Shown here: in pieces, positions 49,625-60,197 of the stretch | Numbering within the stretch: position 1 is the stretch's first letter | How the letters are laid out: each line of letters begins with the position of its first letter | Assembly (NCBI GenBank): GCA_016223005.1 | Contig: JACRPW010000044.1 | Coordinates: forward strand, 627-64,626 | Direction: 5' to 3' | Length of the DNA: 64,000 bases | DNA from: Deltaproteobacteria bacterium | Lineage (GTDB): Bacteria > Desulfobacterota > GWC2-55-46 > UBA9637 > GWC2-42-11 | Program-made: the position numbers and the translations under genes | The notes under the pieces: model-generated | What the model saw: the letters and a program-made list of their open reading frames with translations, nothing else | Told to the model about the DNA's origin: nothing | Databases searched by the model: none

Positions 49625-50356
49625 ATGGATAAATCCCAAGAGGAAATTCAGAAACCAAAAAACTGGTTTGAGAGTCTGGACTGTGCTATAGAGGGTGCTA
49701 TCTTCGCTGTAAAGACTGAACGGCACATGAGGTATCACTATGTAATTGCTGCTGTTATCCTGCTGACAAGTCTTCTGCTGAATCTGACAACAACTGAATT
49801 TCTCATATTTGCCCTTTCCATAGTGCTGCTCTTATTTGCTGAGATGTTTAATACTGCAATAGAGCATCTGGGTAACATCATTTGGGAGAAACATCACATC
49901 TTCATAAAACAGGCAAAGGATATAGCAGCAGGTGCAGTTCTAATATCTTCTATTGGAGTTTTCCTTACATCTTATGTAATATTTTCAAAATATCTGTACC
50001 GTCCTGCTGAACTATTTCTAATAGGGGTAAAGACATTGTCAGGTCATATAGCAATTATATCACTGCTTTTCGTTTTTATTGCTGTTGTCTTCTCAAAGGC
50101 ATATTTACATAAAGGAAGACCGCTTCACGGGGGTATGCCAAGCGGTCATTCTGCAGTTGCATTTTCTCTGTGGGTATCAATATCGCTTATTACAGTAAAC
50201 CCTTTGGTGACAATTTTATCATTCGTTATGGCTGTCATGGTCAGCCAAAGCAGGCTCATTGGCCGCATCCATACTTTCTTTGAAGTATTTATGGGCGCTC
50301 TGCTGGGAGCAGGTCTCACATTTCTAATCTTTTACCTTTTTTCAAATACCCTCTGA
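49625..50356 (+). CDS. Fusion protein: prokaryotic diacylglycerol kinase (DgkA) N-domain plus a PAP2-family phosphatase C-domain
   Basis: The N-terminal half has the DgkA-like AIEGAIFAVKTERHMRYH...EMFNTAIEHL. The C-terminal half has PAP2 motifs KGRPLHGGMPSGHS...SRLIGRIHT. Confidence 0.7.
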   Translation: MDKSQEEIQKPKNWFESLDCAIEGAIFAVKTERHMRYHYVIAAVILLTSLLLNLTTTEFLIFALSIVLLLFAEMFNTAIEHLGNIIWEKHHIFIKQAKDIAAGAVLISSIGVFLTSYVIFSKYLYRPAELFLIGVKTLSGHIAIISLLFVFIAVVFSKAYLHKGRPLHGGMPSGHSAVAFSLWVSISLITVNPLVTILSFVMAVMVSQSRLIGRIHTFFEVFMGALLGAGLTFLIFYLFSNTL

Positions 50357-52026
50357 TGTCAAATAAATCAATAATAGCATCTGTTATATCAGGCACTATT
50401 ATGATATTTGCATTCCCGCCTTTTGATATATGGGTTATAGGTTGGTTTGGCATGGCGCCTTTATTCTTTGCCATTTATGATAAAAAGCCGTTGCAGGCAT
50501 TTGCACTGGGCTTTATCTGGGGCATTGTTTTTTTTCTCGGCACTGTTTACTGGGTTGTAAACTCAATGGTAAATTACGGTGGTGTGCCTGTATGGGCAAG
50601 TGTGCTGGCGCTTCTGCTTCTTGTAATTGTCTTAAGCCTTTACCCTGCTGTATTCGCTTATTTTACCTTTAGCCGTGAAAAGCATGCTTTTCACCCTTCA
50701 GCCTTTCGCCTGATTTTTATCCCTTTCCTCTGGGTCAGTCTTGAATTTGTGCGGACATATCTTTTTACAGGCTTTCCTTGGGTCTTACTTGGTTATTCAC
50801 AAACAGCATTCCTCCCAATAATGCAGATTGCTGATATAACAGGTGTCTATGGTGTATCGTTTTTGATAATCATGGTCAATGTTTTTCTATTCAATTGCGG
50901 ACTGCAGATTGCAGATTGCGGATTTAAAATTAAAATTTCTAAAATGGAATGGATTATAGTATTTTCGGTTTTAATCCTTGTCTTTGGTTATGGTCATTTA
51001 AGGATTGGACAGATTGATAATTTAACTAAAAACTGGAGGCAGATTAAGATAGGTATTGCCCAGGGCAATATAGATCAGGCGCAGAAATGGGACCCTGCAC
51101 ATCAGGAAGGAACGATAGATATTTACAGGCAGATTAGTATAGACATTGCACAAAATGAAAAGGACATTGACCTTATTATATGGCCAGAAACAGCCACACC
51201 ATTTTATCTTCAGTCTGATGAAAAATTCGGTCCGCTTATCTTTGATATAGCAAAAACTCTGGCAGTAAACCTTATTACAGGAAGTCCTGCGCATGAGTAT
51301 ACATCTGATGGTAAAACTATAAATTACTATAACAGCGTGTTTCTGATTTCAAAGCAGGGAGGCATTGTCAATAGATACGATAAAGTCCATCTCGTGCCTT
51401 TCGGCGAATATGTCCCTTTTAAAAGATTTCTTCCATTTGAAAAACTTGTTGCAGGTGTCGGGGATTTCAGTTCAGGAAAAAACTTCAAGCCCCTTGCATT
51501 AAATAATGATGATACATTTGGCATCCTCATATGTTTTGAGGCAATATTTCCTGACATAGCAAGGCAGCTTTTGAAAAATGGCGCAGACTTTTTAATCACA
51601 GTAACAAATGATGCATGGTTTGGAAGGTCATCTGCACCATATCAGCACCTATCCCAATCATTAGTGCGGGCTGTTGAAGGCAGGACATTTTTAATCCGCT
51701 CTGCCAATACAGGTATAAGCGCAGTGATTGACCCTGTTGGAAGGATAAAGGTTAAAAGCGGACTGTTTACAAGAGAAGGTTTAGTAGATACAATATCATT
51801 AAAAGAAAGGTCTTTCACAACATTTTATACCCGATATGGCGATGTGTTTGCCATTGGATGCATATTCATCTCAATAGTTATATTTATTACTAATGCAAGA
51901 AAAAGGGGGCAGACTTGCCTATTGACATTTGCCCTCTTTATCTTCTCTATCACCTTTTTTACCTCTGCCGTCCCCTTTTCTTATTTTTCTTATTGGTCCC
52001 CTTTTCTTGTTTTCTTATTATCCTAA
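50356..52026 (+). CDS. lnt: Apolipoprotein N-acyltransferase (CN-hydrolase). It carries an in-frame mini-palindrome insertion (FSREKHAFHPSAFRL) and a heptamer-repeat insertion (GLQIADCGFKIKI).
   Basis: Multi-TM N-terminal domain plus CN-hydrolase with E...K...C (ILICFEAIFPD). The repeats lie at 50666-50710 and 50894-50935. Confidence 0.88.
   Translation: MSNKSIIASVISGTIMIFAFPPFDIWVIGWFGMAPLFFAIYDKKPLQAFALGFIWGIVFFLGTVYWVVNSMVNYGGVPVWASVLALLLLVIVLSLYPAVFAYFTFSREKHAFHPSAFRLIFIPFLWVSLEFVRTYLFTGFPWVLLGYSQTAFLPIMQIADITGVYGVSFLIIMVNVFLFNCGLQIADCGFKIKISKMEWIIVFSVLILVFGYGHLRIGQIDNLTKNWRQIKIGIAQGNIDQAQKWDPAHQEGTIDIYRQISIDIAQNEKDIDLIIWPETATPFYLQSDEKFGPLIFDIAKTLAVNLITGSPAHEYTSDGKTINYYNSVFLISKQGGIVNRYDKVHLVPFGEYVPFKRFLPFEKLVAGVGDFSSGKNFKPLALNNDDTFGILICFEAIFPDIARQLLKNGADFLITVTNDAWFGRSSAPYQHLSQSLVRAVEGRTFLIRSANTGISAVIDPVGRIKVKSGLFTREGLVDTISLKERSFTTFYTRYGDVFAIGCIFISIVIFITNARKRGQTCLLTFALFIFSITFFTSAVPFSYFSYWSPFLVFLLS
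50666..50710. repeat. Second copy of the gtgaaaagcatgcttttcac mini-palindrome element, inside lnt and translated in-frame
   Basis: Same palindrome with cctttagcc / ccttcagcctttcgcc flanks. Confidence 0.9.
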
Positions 52027-52212
52027 CCTGTCTTCTAAATGTCAATAATGACAAAAATATTCTTGCTTTTAGCAATAATCTATCATATAAATTTTGTTCC
52101 GTATAATTCTTACTGCACTCTACACTTGGTATGGGTTTAAGTGTTAATCTGTATCAGGAGACAAGTCTGGAACGGCAGCAGCAACAAACAGTCAAAGGGA
52201 GGAAGTGAAGCA

Positions 52213-53796
52213 ATGAGGGTTCTCATAAGCGACAGCATGTCTGACAAGTGCGTTGAGATATTAAAGAATGTTTCAGGCATTCAGGTTGATGTCAATACAA
52301 AACTAAAGCCAGAGGAATTAAAAAATATTATAAAGGATTATCACGGCCTTGTTGTAAGGAGCGCGACAAAGGTTACAAAAGAGATTATTGATGCTGCGGA
52401 TAACCTTAAGGTTATTGGCAGGGCTGGGACAGGCGTTGACAACATTGACATAAATGCCGCGACAAAAAGGGGCATTGTTGTGATGAACACCCCGGGCGGC
52501 AATACAATAACAACTGCTGAACATGCAGTATCAATGCTCCTTTCCCTGTCAAGAAAGATACCGCAGGCAACAGCATCCATGAGAAAAGGCGAGTGGGAAA
52601 AGAAAAGGTTTGAAGGCACAGAGGTTACAGGAAAGACCCTGGGCATATTAGGTGTTGGGAATATCGGCAGTGTTGTTGCTGACAGGGCAATTGGCTTAAA
52701 GATGAATGTGATTGCATACGACCCGTTTATTTCAGAGGAGGCTGCTAACAGGCTTGGGATTGAGGTTGTATCATTAGACGCACTTTATAAAAGGAGCGAC
52801 TTTATATCTATCCATGTGCCTTTGACAAACGAGACAAAAAATATGGTGAATAAAGATGCCTTTGCAAATATGAAAAAGGGCGTAAAACTCATAAACTGTG
52901 CCAGAGGTGGCATTGTAAATGAAAAGGATTTGGCTGATGCGATAAAAAAAGGCATTGTCTCAGGCGCTGCATTTGATGTTTTTGAAAAAGAACCGACGCC
53001 AGCAGATAATCCTCTTCTGCAGATGGAAGAGGTAATCCTGACCCCCCACCTCGGCGCTTCAACATTTGAGGCGCAGGAGAGCGTTGCAATTGCAATTGCA
53101 GAGCAGATTGCAGAATATCTTTCAAAAGGCACAATAAGAAATGCTGTGAATGTGCCGTCTGTGCCTACTGAACTATTGTTGACACTTGGGCAGTATATAA
53201 CCCTTGCTGAAAAACTTGGTAGCCTTCAGGGGCAGATACTCAAAGGCGGGATAGAGGAGATAGTAGTTGAATATACAGGTGATGTTGCAAATTATGATGT
53301 TGCATCTGTTACCATATCAGCACTGAAAGGCGTCCTTGACCAGGTGCTTGACCAGCAGGTAAACTTTGTAAATGCCCCGTTTATAGCAAAGGAACGAGGC
53401 ATAAAGGTTATTGAAACAAAAAGTTCCAGAACAATAGACTTTGCAAGCACAATTACAATAAAGGTTAAGACAAAGGAAAAGGAGAATCTTGTTGAAGGCG
53501 CCTTATTTGGCAAGAAGGATTTAAGGATAGTTAGAATAAATGAATTCTTTATAGATGCGGTTCCGGATGGTTATCTGCTGCTCCTCCATAATTATGATAA
53601 ACCAGGGGTTATAGGCAATATCGGGACACTCCTCGGTAAAAGCAATATAAATATTGCAAGACTCCATCTCGGCAGAGAGTCTATCGGAGGTGAGGCTGTC
53701 TCTGTCTGGAATGTGGACACCCCTGTTTCTGAAAATGTTATGGGAAAACTTCTTAAACTTCCAAACATAATCTCTGTAAAGGTTGTAAGATTATAA
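52213..53796 (+). CDS. serA: D-3-phosphoglycerate dehydrogenase with a C-terminal ACT domain. The likely start is MRVLISDS. The listed ORF starts at 52141.
   Basis: 2-hydroxyacid dehydrogenase GxGxxG (GILGVGNIGS), with catalytic R/E/H residues. Confidence 0.9.
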   Translation: MRVLISDSMSDKCVEILKNVSGIQVDVNTKLKPEELKNIIKDYHGLVVRSATKVTKEIIDAADNLKVIGRAGTGVDNIDINAATKRGIVVMNTPGGNTITTAEHAVSMLLSLSRKIPQATASMRKGEWEKKRFEGTEVTGKTLGILGVGNIGSVVADRAIGLKMNVIAYDPFISEEAANRLGIEVVSLDALYKRSDFISIHVPLTNETKNMVNKDAFANMKKGVKLINCARGGIVNEKDLADAIKKGIVSGAAFDVFEKEPTPADNPLLQMEEVILTPHLGASTFEAQESVAIAIAEQIAEYLSKGTIRNAVNVPSVPTELLLTLGQYITLAEKLGSLQGQILKGGIEEIVVEYTGDVANYDVASVTISALKGVLDQVLDQQVNFVNAPFIAKERGIKVIETKSSRTIDFASTITIKVKTKEKENLVEGALFGKKDLRIVRINEFFIDAVPDGYLLLLHNYDKPGVIGNIGTLLGKSNINIARLHLGRESIGGEAVSVWNVDTPVSENVMGKLLKLPNIISVKVVRL

Positions 53797-53865
53797 AAAA
53801 AAGTTAAAGAGTTTAAGAGTAAAAGCAAAAACAGTTGAGGAGTTAAATACTCCTAATCCTAAACT

Positions 53866-54861
53866 ATGGTTAGTCAACTAAACATATCCCTCCCGCAGGG
53901 TGTCCGTGATATACTCCCTGAAGAGGCTGAAAAGGCAAGGCATGTTGAGGATGCTGTAATTTCAGTTTTTGAGAAAAATGGATTTAAGCAGGTTATTACG
54001 CCGCTTCTGGAATATCTTGATGTTGTATTGCTTGGATTGGGCGCTGAACTAAAGGACAAGATATTTAAGTTTGTTGAGTCTGTTTCAGGTAAAATAATAG
54101 CCATAAGACCTGACATCACGCCGCAGGTGGCTAGAATGGTTGCCGCACGGATGAAAGATTATCCGCTGCCGCTCAAGTTGTGCTATAATGAAAACATTGT
54201 CAGATATGATGACCTTCGTGCAGGAACACCTGTAGAACTCCGTCAGATAGGTGCAGAATACATAGGTGAAGACTCTTCAAAGGCAGATGCAGAGATTATA
54301 TCAACTGCCATAGAGGCGATGAAGAAGACGAAGGTAATGGGTTTCAAGATTGATATAGGGCATATAGGTTTTTTTAAAGGACTTATGGAGGATATTAAGG
54401 CTAACAAATCCATTGAAAAAAGTATCAGACGATCTGTGCTTATAAAAGACAGTTCGTCTTTAAAAGAGATACTGTCTTCTGTTAAAGATAGTGATTCAAA
54501 AAGAATCATTGCTGAACTGCCCTTTATGTTTGGCGGAAAAGAAGTTATAGGCAGGGTCAAACCTCTTGTGAAGGCAGAATCTGCCAGAAAGGCATTGGAT
54601 GATATTGCAAAAGTTATTGAGATACTCAAGAAGAGGAAAATGGAACAGTATGTAACCGTTGACCTCGGTGAGGTAAGGGGTTTTGATTATTATACAGGCA
54701 TAATATTTGAAGGCTTTGCAAAAGGTGTTGGCAAAGCACTGCTTCGGGGTGGACGATACGATAATCTCTTGGGAAAATACGGCTATCCATGCCCTGCAAC
54801 CGGTTTTGCAATTAATATAGAAAGTGTAGCGGCAGCAATAAAAAAAGAGAATGGGGTTTAA
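53866..54861 (+). CDS. hisZ: ATP phosphoribosyltransferase regulatory subunit HisZ (HisRS paralog)
   Basis: LPQGVRDILPEEA class-II HisRS-like N-terminus without an anticodon-binding domain. A short-form hisG is present at 63159. Confidence 0.85.
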   Translation: MVSQLNISLPQGVRDILPEEAEKARHVEDAVISVFEKNGFKQVITPLLEYLDVVLLGLGAELKDKIFKFVESVSGKIIAIRPDITPQVARMVAARMKDYPLPLKLCYNENIVRYDDLRAGTPVELRQIGAEYIGEDSSKADAEIISTAIEAMKKTKVMGFKIDIGHIGFFKGLMEDIKANKSIEKSIRRSVLIKDSSSLKEILSSVKDSDSKRIIAELPFMFGGKEVIGRVKPLVKAESARKALDDIAKVIEILKKRKMEQYVTVDLGEVRGFDYYTGIIFEGFAKGVGKALLRGGRYDNLLGKYGYPCPATGFAINIESVAAAIKKENGV

Positions 54862-56157
<1,296 letters not shown>

Positions 56158-56164
56158 TTGTTAA

Positions 56165-56255
56165 GGAGAGATGTCCGAGCGGCCGAAGGAGCACGACTGG
56201 AAATCGTGTGTGCGCTAATACCGTACCGAGGGTTCAAATCCCTCTCTCTCCGCCA
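56165..56255 (+). tRNA. tRNA-Ser (anticodon GGA) with a long variable arm, CCA encoded
   Basis: GGAGAGA/TCTCTCC acceptor, anticodon loop CUGGAAA, T-arm GAGGGTTCAAATCCCTC. Confidence 0.9.
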
Positions 56256-56348
56256 GATTGAGTTGAGAGTTAAGGAGTTATGGAGTTACTGTTTTTGTTT
56301 TTACTCCTAAACTCTTTAACTCCGAACCGTAGTTAATTGTGGTTAGTA

Positions 56349-56456
56349 TTGATAGCCGGGTCTTGCGCAGCGGTTAGGTTGCGAACCCCGCCAGGTCCGG
56401 AAGGAAGCAACGGCAGTAACTCTATTCCGGGTGCCGCAAGTCTGCCTGGCTATCAA
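56349..56456 (+). ncRNA. ffs: Signal recognition particle RNA (4.5S/ffs, small bacterial type)
   Basis: Conserved domain IV motif CCAGGUCCGGAAGGAAGCA. The terminal helix is gatagcc...ggctatc. It has the conserved position immediately upstream of dnaX. Confidence 0.85.
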
Positions 56457-56511
56457 TAATAACCACAAGATTATTTCAAATCTTAAATCTTAAATTTGAA
56501 ATTACAAAATT

Positions 56512-58095
56512 ATGTCCTATCTCGTACTTGCAAGAAAATGGAGACCACAGGTCTTTGAAGATGTTATTGGGCAGAGGCATGTCAGCCAAACCCTTCAAAA
56601 TGCCATTACATCAAAAAGGGTTGCCCATGCATACCTTTTTTCTGGACCAAGAGGCGTTGGAAAAACAACCGTTGCCCGTATCTTTGCAAAGGCATTAAAC
56701 TGTCTTAATGGCCCAGCCCCTGTTCCGTGCAATGAATGCCAGATATGCAGGGATATAACCCGCAGTTCCTCTGTTGATGTCCTTGAAATAGACGGTGCAT
56801 CCAATACCGGCGTGGATAGTATAAGGGAACTACGGGAAACAGTTAAGTATCTTCCTTCTATGGGAAGATACAGGATTTATATAATAGATGAGGTGCATAT
56901 GCTCTCAAATAACGCATTTAACGCACTTCTAAAAACCCTTGAAGAACCGCCAGCCCATACAATCTTTATGTTTGCAACTACCGAACCTCACAAGATTCCA
57001 AATACAATCCTCTCGCGGTGCCAGAGATTTGATTTTAAGAGGATACCGCTGAAAGATGTGCAAACACAGTTAAGGCATATTGCCGCATCAGAAGGCATTG
57101 ATATAAGTGATACCGCGATTTTTCTTCTGGCAAATGAGTCTGAAGGTAGCATGAGGGATTCCCAGAGCCTCTTGGACCAGGTCATATCATTTTCAGGCAG
57201 TAAAATCTCTGATGAAGATGTTATGAATGCCCTTGGTATCATGGATAGAAAACTTTTGTTCCAGTTTGCTGACTCCATCATAAAAAGGGACGATGAGACG
57301 GTTCTGAATTTAATTGAAAATATATATAACTTTGGGTATGATCTTAAAAGATTTTGCCAGTCGCTCCTTGAGTATTTCAGAAATCTTGTTGTAATAAAGA
57401 CAGTTAAAGATGGGAAGGATGTCCTTGATGTGCCTGATATTGAGATTCTAGAACTCCAAAAACTGGCAAAAGATACCTCTTTTTTAAATCTGCAAATGCT
57501 GTTTAACATCCTCTATCGCGGTTTTGAGGATGTTTCAAGGTCGGCACTGCCTCGTTTTATTTTTGAAATGACAGCGCTTCGCATGACACATATTGACTCA
57601 TCTGAATCATTGACAGATATTATTAAAAAACTTGATACCCTGTCATCAGGAAGCACAGGAAAAGAAGAACAGAAAGTAAAAGGTAACAACAACTTGGCAG
57701 ATGTTGTTTCTGATATGCCATATTCAAGTTCTAACAAGGAAATATCAGTTTTTGGTTTTAAATCGTCAGGCAGTAGCAGTGATTTGTGGAAAAAACTTGT
57801 TGCATTTATAAAAAAGAAAAAACCTGCACTGGCATCTCACCTTGAGTTTGCAGTGCCTGATGTGATTAATGAAAAAGATATTTCAGTAAGGGTCAAGGAC
57901 GGCCATTACTATACATATCTTGTCAACAACAAGGATAACTTTTCAAAACTGTGTGAGGAGTTCTTTGGTAAACAGATGGTAATTGAGATAAGGGCAGGTA
58001 AAGATGAAAATGAGACTGTAAGTGCCAAAAATGAAACTATGGAAGACCCTATTATTAAGGATGCCTTGAAGATATTTGGCGGAAGGATTGTATAA
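56512..58095 (+). CDS. dnaX: DNA polymerase III subunit gamma/tau
   Basis: AAA+ GPRGVGKTT, Zn module CNECQIC, SRC motif. Confidence 0.95.
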   Translation: MSYLVLARKWRPQVFEDVIGQRHVSQTLQNAITSKRVAHAYLFSGPRGVGKTTVARIFAKALNCLNGPAPVPCNECQICRDITRSSSVDVLEIDGASNTGVDSIRELRETVKYLPSMGRYRIYIIDEVHMLSNNAFNALLKTLEEPPAHTIFMFATTEPHKIPNTILSRCQRFDFKRIPLKDVQTQLRHIAASEGIDISDTAIFLLANESEGSMRDSQSLLDQVISFSGSKISDEDVMNALGIMDRKLLFQFADSIIKRDDETVLNLIENIYNFGYDLKRFCQSLLEYFRNLVVIKTVKDGKDVLDVPDIEILELQKLAKDTSFLNLQMLFNILYRGFEDVSRSALPRFIFEMTALRMTHIDSSESLTDIIKKLDTLSSGSTGKEEQKVKGNNNLADVVSDMPYSSSNKEISVFGFKSSGSSSDLWKKLVAFIKKKKPALASHLEFAVPDVINEKDISVRVKDGHYYTYLVNNKDNFSKLCEEFFGKQMVIEIRAGKDENETVSAKNETMEDPIIKDALKIFGGRIV

Positions 58096-58207
58096 AGATG
58101 TCTGATTACACAGATTACAAAGGCAGATTACGCAGATTAGAAAAGATTAGTTTTAAATCGGTGTAATCGTTTTTAAAAATCTGTGTAATCATTTATAGGG
58201 AGGATAG

Positions 58208-58519
58208 ATGAAGAATCTGGGTAATATATTGAAACAGGCACAAAAGATGCAGGAAAAGATGGCACAGGTTCAGCAGGAACTTGCTGCCAAAACCATTGAA
58301 TCTTCTTCAGGAGGCGGCATGGTTACTGCTGTTGTAAACGGCAAGCAGGAACTTGTATCTATAAAGATTGACCCTTCTGTTGTAAATGCCGATGATGTGG
58401 AAATGCTTCAGGATCTGGTTGCGGCTGCTGTAAACAGCGCTATAAAAAAATCACAGGAGATGATGTCTGAAGAGATGGGCAAGGTAACAGGGGGACTCAA
58501 TATCCCTGGACTATTTTAA
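58208..58519 (+). CDS. ybaB: Nucleoid-associated protein YbaB/EbfC
   Basis: MQEKMAQVQQELA...GGGMV conserved YbaB sequence. The dnaX-ybaB-recR synteny is present. Confidence 0.92.
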   Translation: MKNLGNILKQAQKMQEKMAQVQQELAAKTIESSSGGGMVTAVVNGKQELVSIKIDPSVVNADDVEMLQDLVAAAVNSAIKKSQEMMSEEMGKVTGGLNIPGLF

Positions 58520-58558
58520 ACTGTTTTTACCTTACCTTTGAGTTTTGCAATTTGATTT

Positions 58559-59173
58559 TTGAGTTATTTTTATATGGCATACTATGCAGAGCCGATAATG
58601 AGGCTTGTTCAGGAACTTTCAAGACTGCCGGGTATAGGAGAAAAGACCGCAACCCGTCTTGCAATATACATCCTGAATTCCTCTAATGGATACGCAGAGG
58701 CGCTTGTTAAAAGTCTTCTGGATGTAAAACAGAATATAAAGGCATGTTCAGTCTGTTTTAATATGACAGACAGGGACACTTGTTCAATATGCAGTAATAC
58801 AGGAAGAAATCATGAGATTATATGCCTTGTTGAAGGCATAAACGACCTTGCTGCTATTGAAAAGGCAGGCAGATATAAAGGCACCTACCATGTCCTGCAT
58901 GGCGTAATCTCTCCTTTAAAGGGTATAGGTCCTGATGATATAGGGGTAGCGGAACTGCTTAAAAGGGTTCATGCCGGAAATATTAAAGAGGTTATAATCG
59001 CAACAAACCCCACTGTTGACGGAGAGGCAACTGCCCTTTATATTACAAAGGTTTTAAAACCATCAGGCATAAAGATTACAAGGCTCGCAACAGGCATCCC
59101 AATGGGAAGCGATATTGAATATATAGATAGTGCAACACTTAGCATGGCAATAGATGGAAGAAGGGAGATATGA
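58559..59173 (+). CDS. recR: Recombination protein RecR
   Basis: HhH LPGIGEKTA, C4 zinc finger CSVC...CSIC, Toprim. Confidence 0.95.
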   Translation: MSYFYMAYYAEPIMRLVQELSRLPGIGEKTATRLAIYILNSSNGYAEALVKSLLDVKQNIKACSVCFNMTDRDTCSICSNTGRNHEIICLVEGINDLAAIEKAGRYKGTYHVLHGVISPLKGIGPDDIGVAELLKRVHAGNIKEVIIATNPTVDGEATALYITKVLKPSGIKITRLATGIPMGSDIEYIDSATLSMAIDGRREI

Positions 59174-59176
59174 TTT

Positions 59177-59764
59177 TTGGAGGTTGAAATGGCTGATTAC
59201 ACTGAGATAAGATGGCATGGAAGGGCACAGCAGGGCATTGTTACTGCGGCAAAGGTTCTGGCAGAGGCGGCATTATCCAGCGGCAAGTATGTTCAGGCGT
59301 TTCCTGAGTTTGGTCCAGAAAGGATGGGCGCTCCTGTCAGGGCGTTCAACAGGATTTCATCGGAACCAATCAGGATTCATGGACAGGTAACCAATCCCCA
59401 TATCATCCTTATAGTTGACCCAACCCTTATAGGCACGGTAAATGTTACAGAAGGCACACCTCAAAATGCAGTATTTATCATAAATACCCCGAAACTACCT
59501 GATGAGATGAAGAAAAAACTATCACTGGGCAGCCATGCAAGGGTCTTCACCATTGATGCAAGCAAGATATCAATTGAGTGTATCGGCAGGCATATACCGA
59601 ATACGCCGATGCTCGGTGCAATGGCAAAGGCAACAGGTGTAGTAAGTGTTGATGCACTGACAGATGACTTTAAAGAGAACTATGCAAAGAAATATAGTCC
59701 AAAGGTTATAGAGGGAAATATTAGTGCTATCAGGCATGGCTTTGAACAGGTAAGGGAGGGCTAG
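59177..59764 (+). CDS. porC: Pyruvate:ferredoxin (2-oxoacid) oxidoreductase gamma subunit
   Basis: EIRWHGRAQQGIVTAAKVLAEAA, the canonical gamma-subunit N-terminus. Confidence 0.88.
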   Translation: MEVEMADYTEIRWHGRAQQGIVTAAKVLAEAALSSGKYVQAFPEFGPERMGAPVRAFNRISSEPIRIHGQVTNPHIILIVDPTLIGTVNVTEGTPQNAVFIINTPKLPDEMKKKLSLGSHARVFTIDASKISIECIGRHIPNTPMLGAMAKATGVVSVDALTDDFKENYAKKYSPKVIEGNISAIRHGFEQVREG

Positions 59765-59897
59765 ACGACATTCTGCGAATGTCGAATTGTAAATTGAAGA
59801 TTGAAAATTGGGAATTTGAAAATGTTTATAAAATTTAAAATCTAATATTTACAATTTTCATTTTACAATTTGAGCGAAGCGAACAAAGGGAGGGCTG

Positions 59898-60197
59898 ATG
59901 AAAAGGGGCTGGAAAGAGACGCCAATAAGGGGCATTATACTTGAGGCAGGCAGTTCCCATGATTATGCAACAGGCGGATGGCGGAAAATAAAGCCTGTCC
60001 TTGACAGTGCAAAGTGTATAGACTGTATGCTCTGCTGGGTCTTCTGCCCTGATTCTGCTGTTATAGTTGAAAATGGAAAGATGCTCGGCTTTGACCTTGA
60101 ACACTGCAAAGGGTGCGGTATATGTGCAGAGGAATGTCCTGACAAGGTCAAGGCAATCACAATGCTTGCAGAGGAAGAAGAGGAGGAGATAGCATGA
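59898..60197 (+). CDS. porD: Pyruvate:ferredoxin oxidoreductase delta subunit (2x[4Fe-4S] ferredoxin)
   Basis: CIDCMLCWVFCP and CKGCGICAEECP cluster motifs. Confidence 0.88.
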   Translation: MKRGWKETPIRGIILEAGSSHDYATGGWRKIKPVLDSAKCIDCMLCWVFCPDSAVIVENGKMLGFDLEHCKGCGICAEECPDKVKAITMLAEEEEEEIA

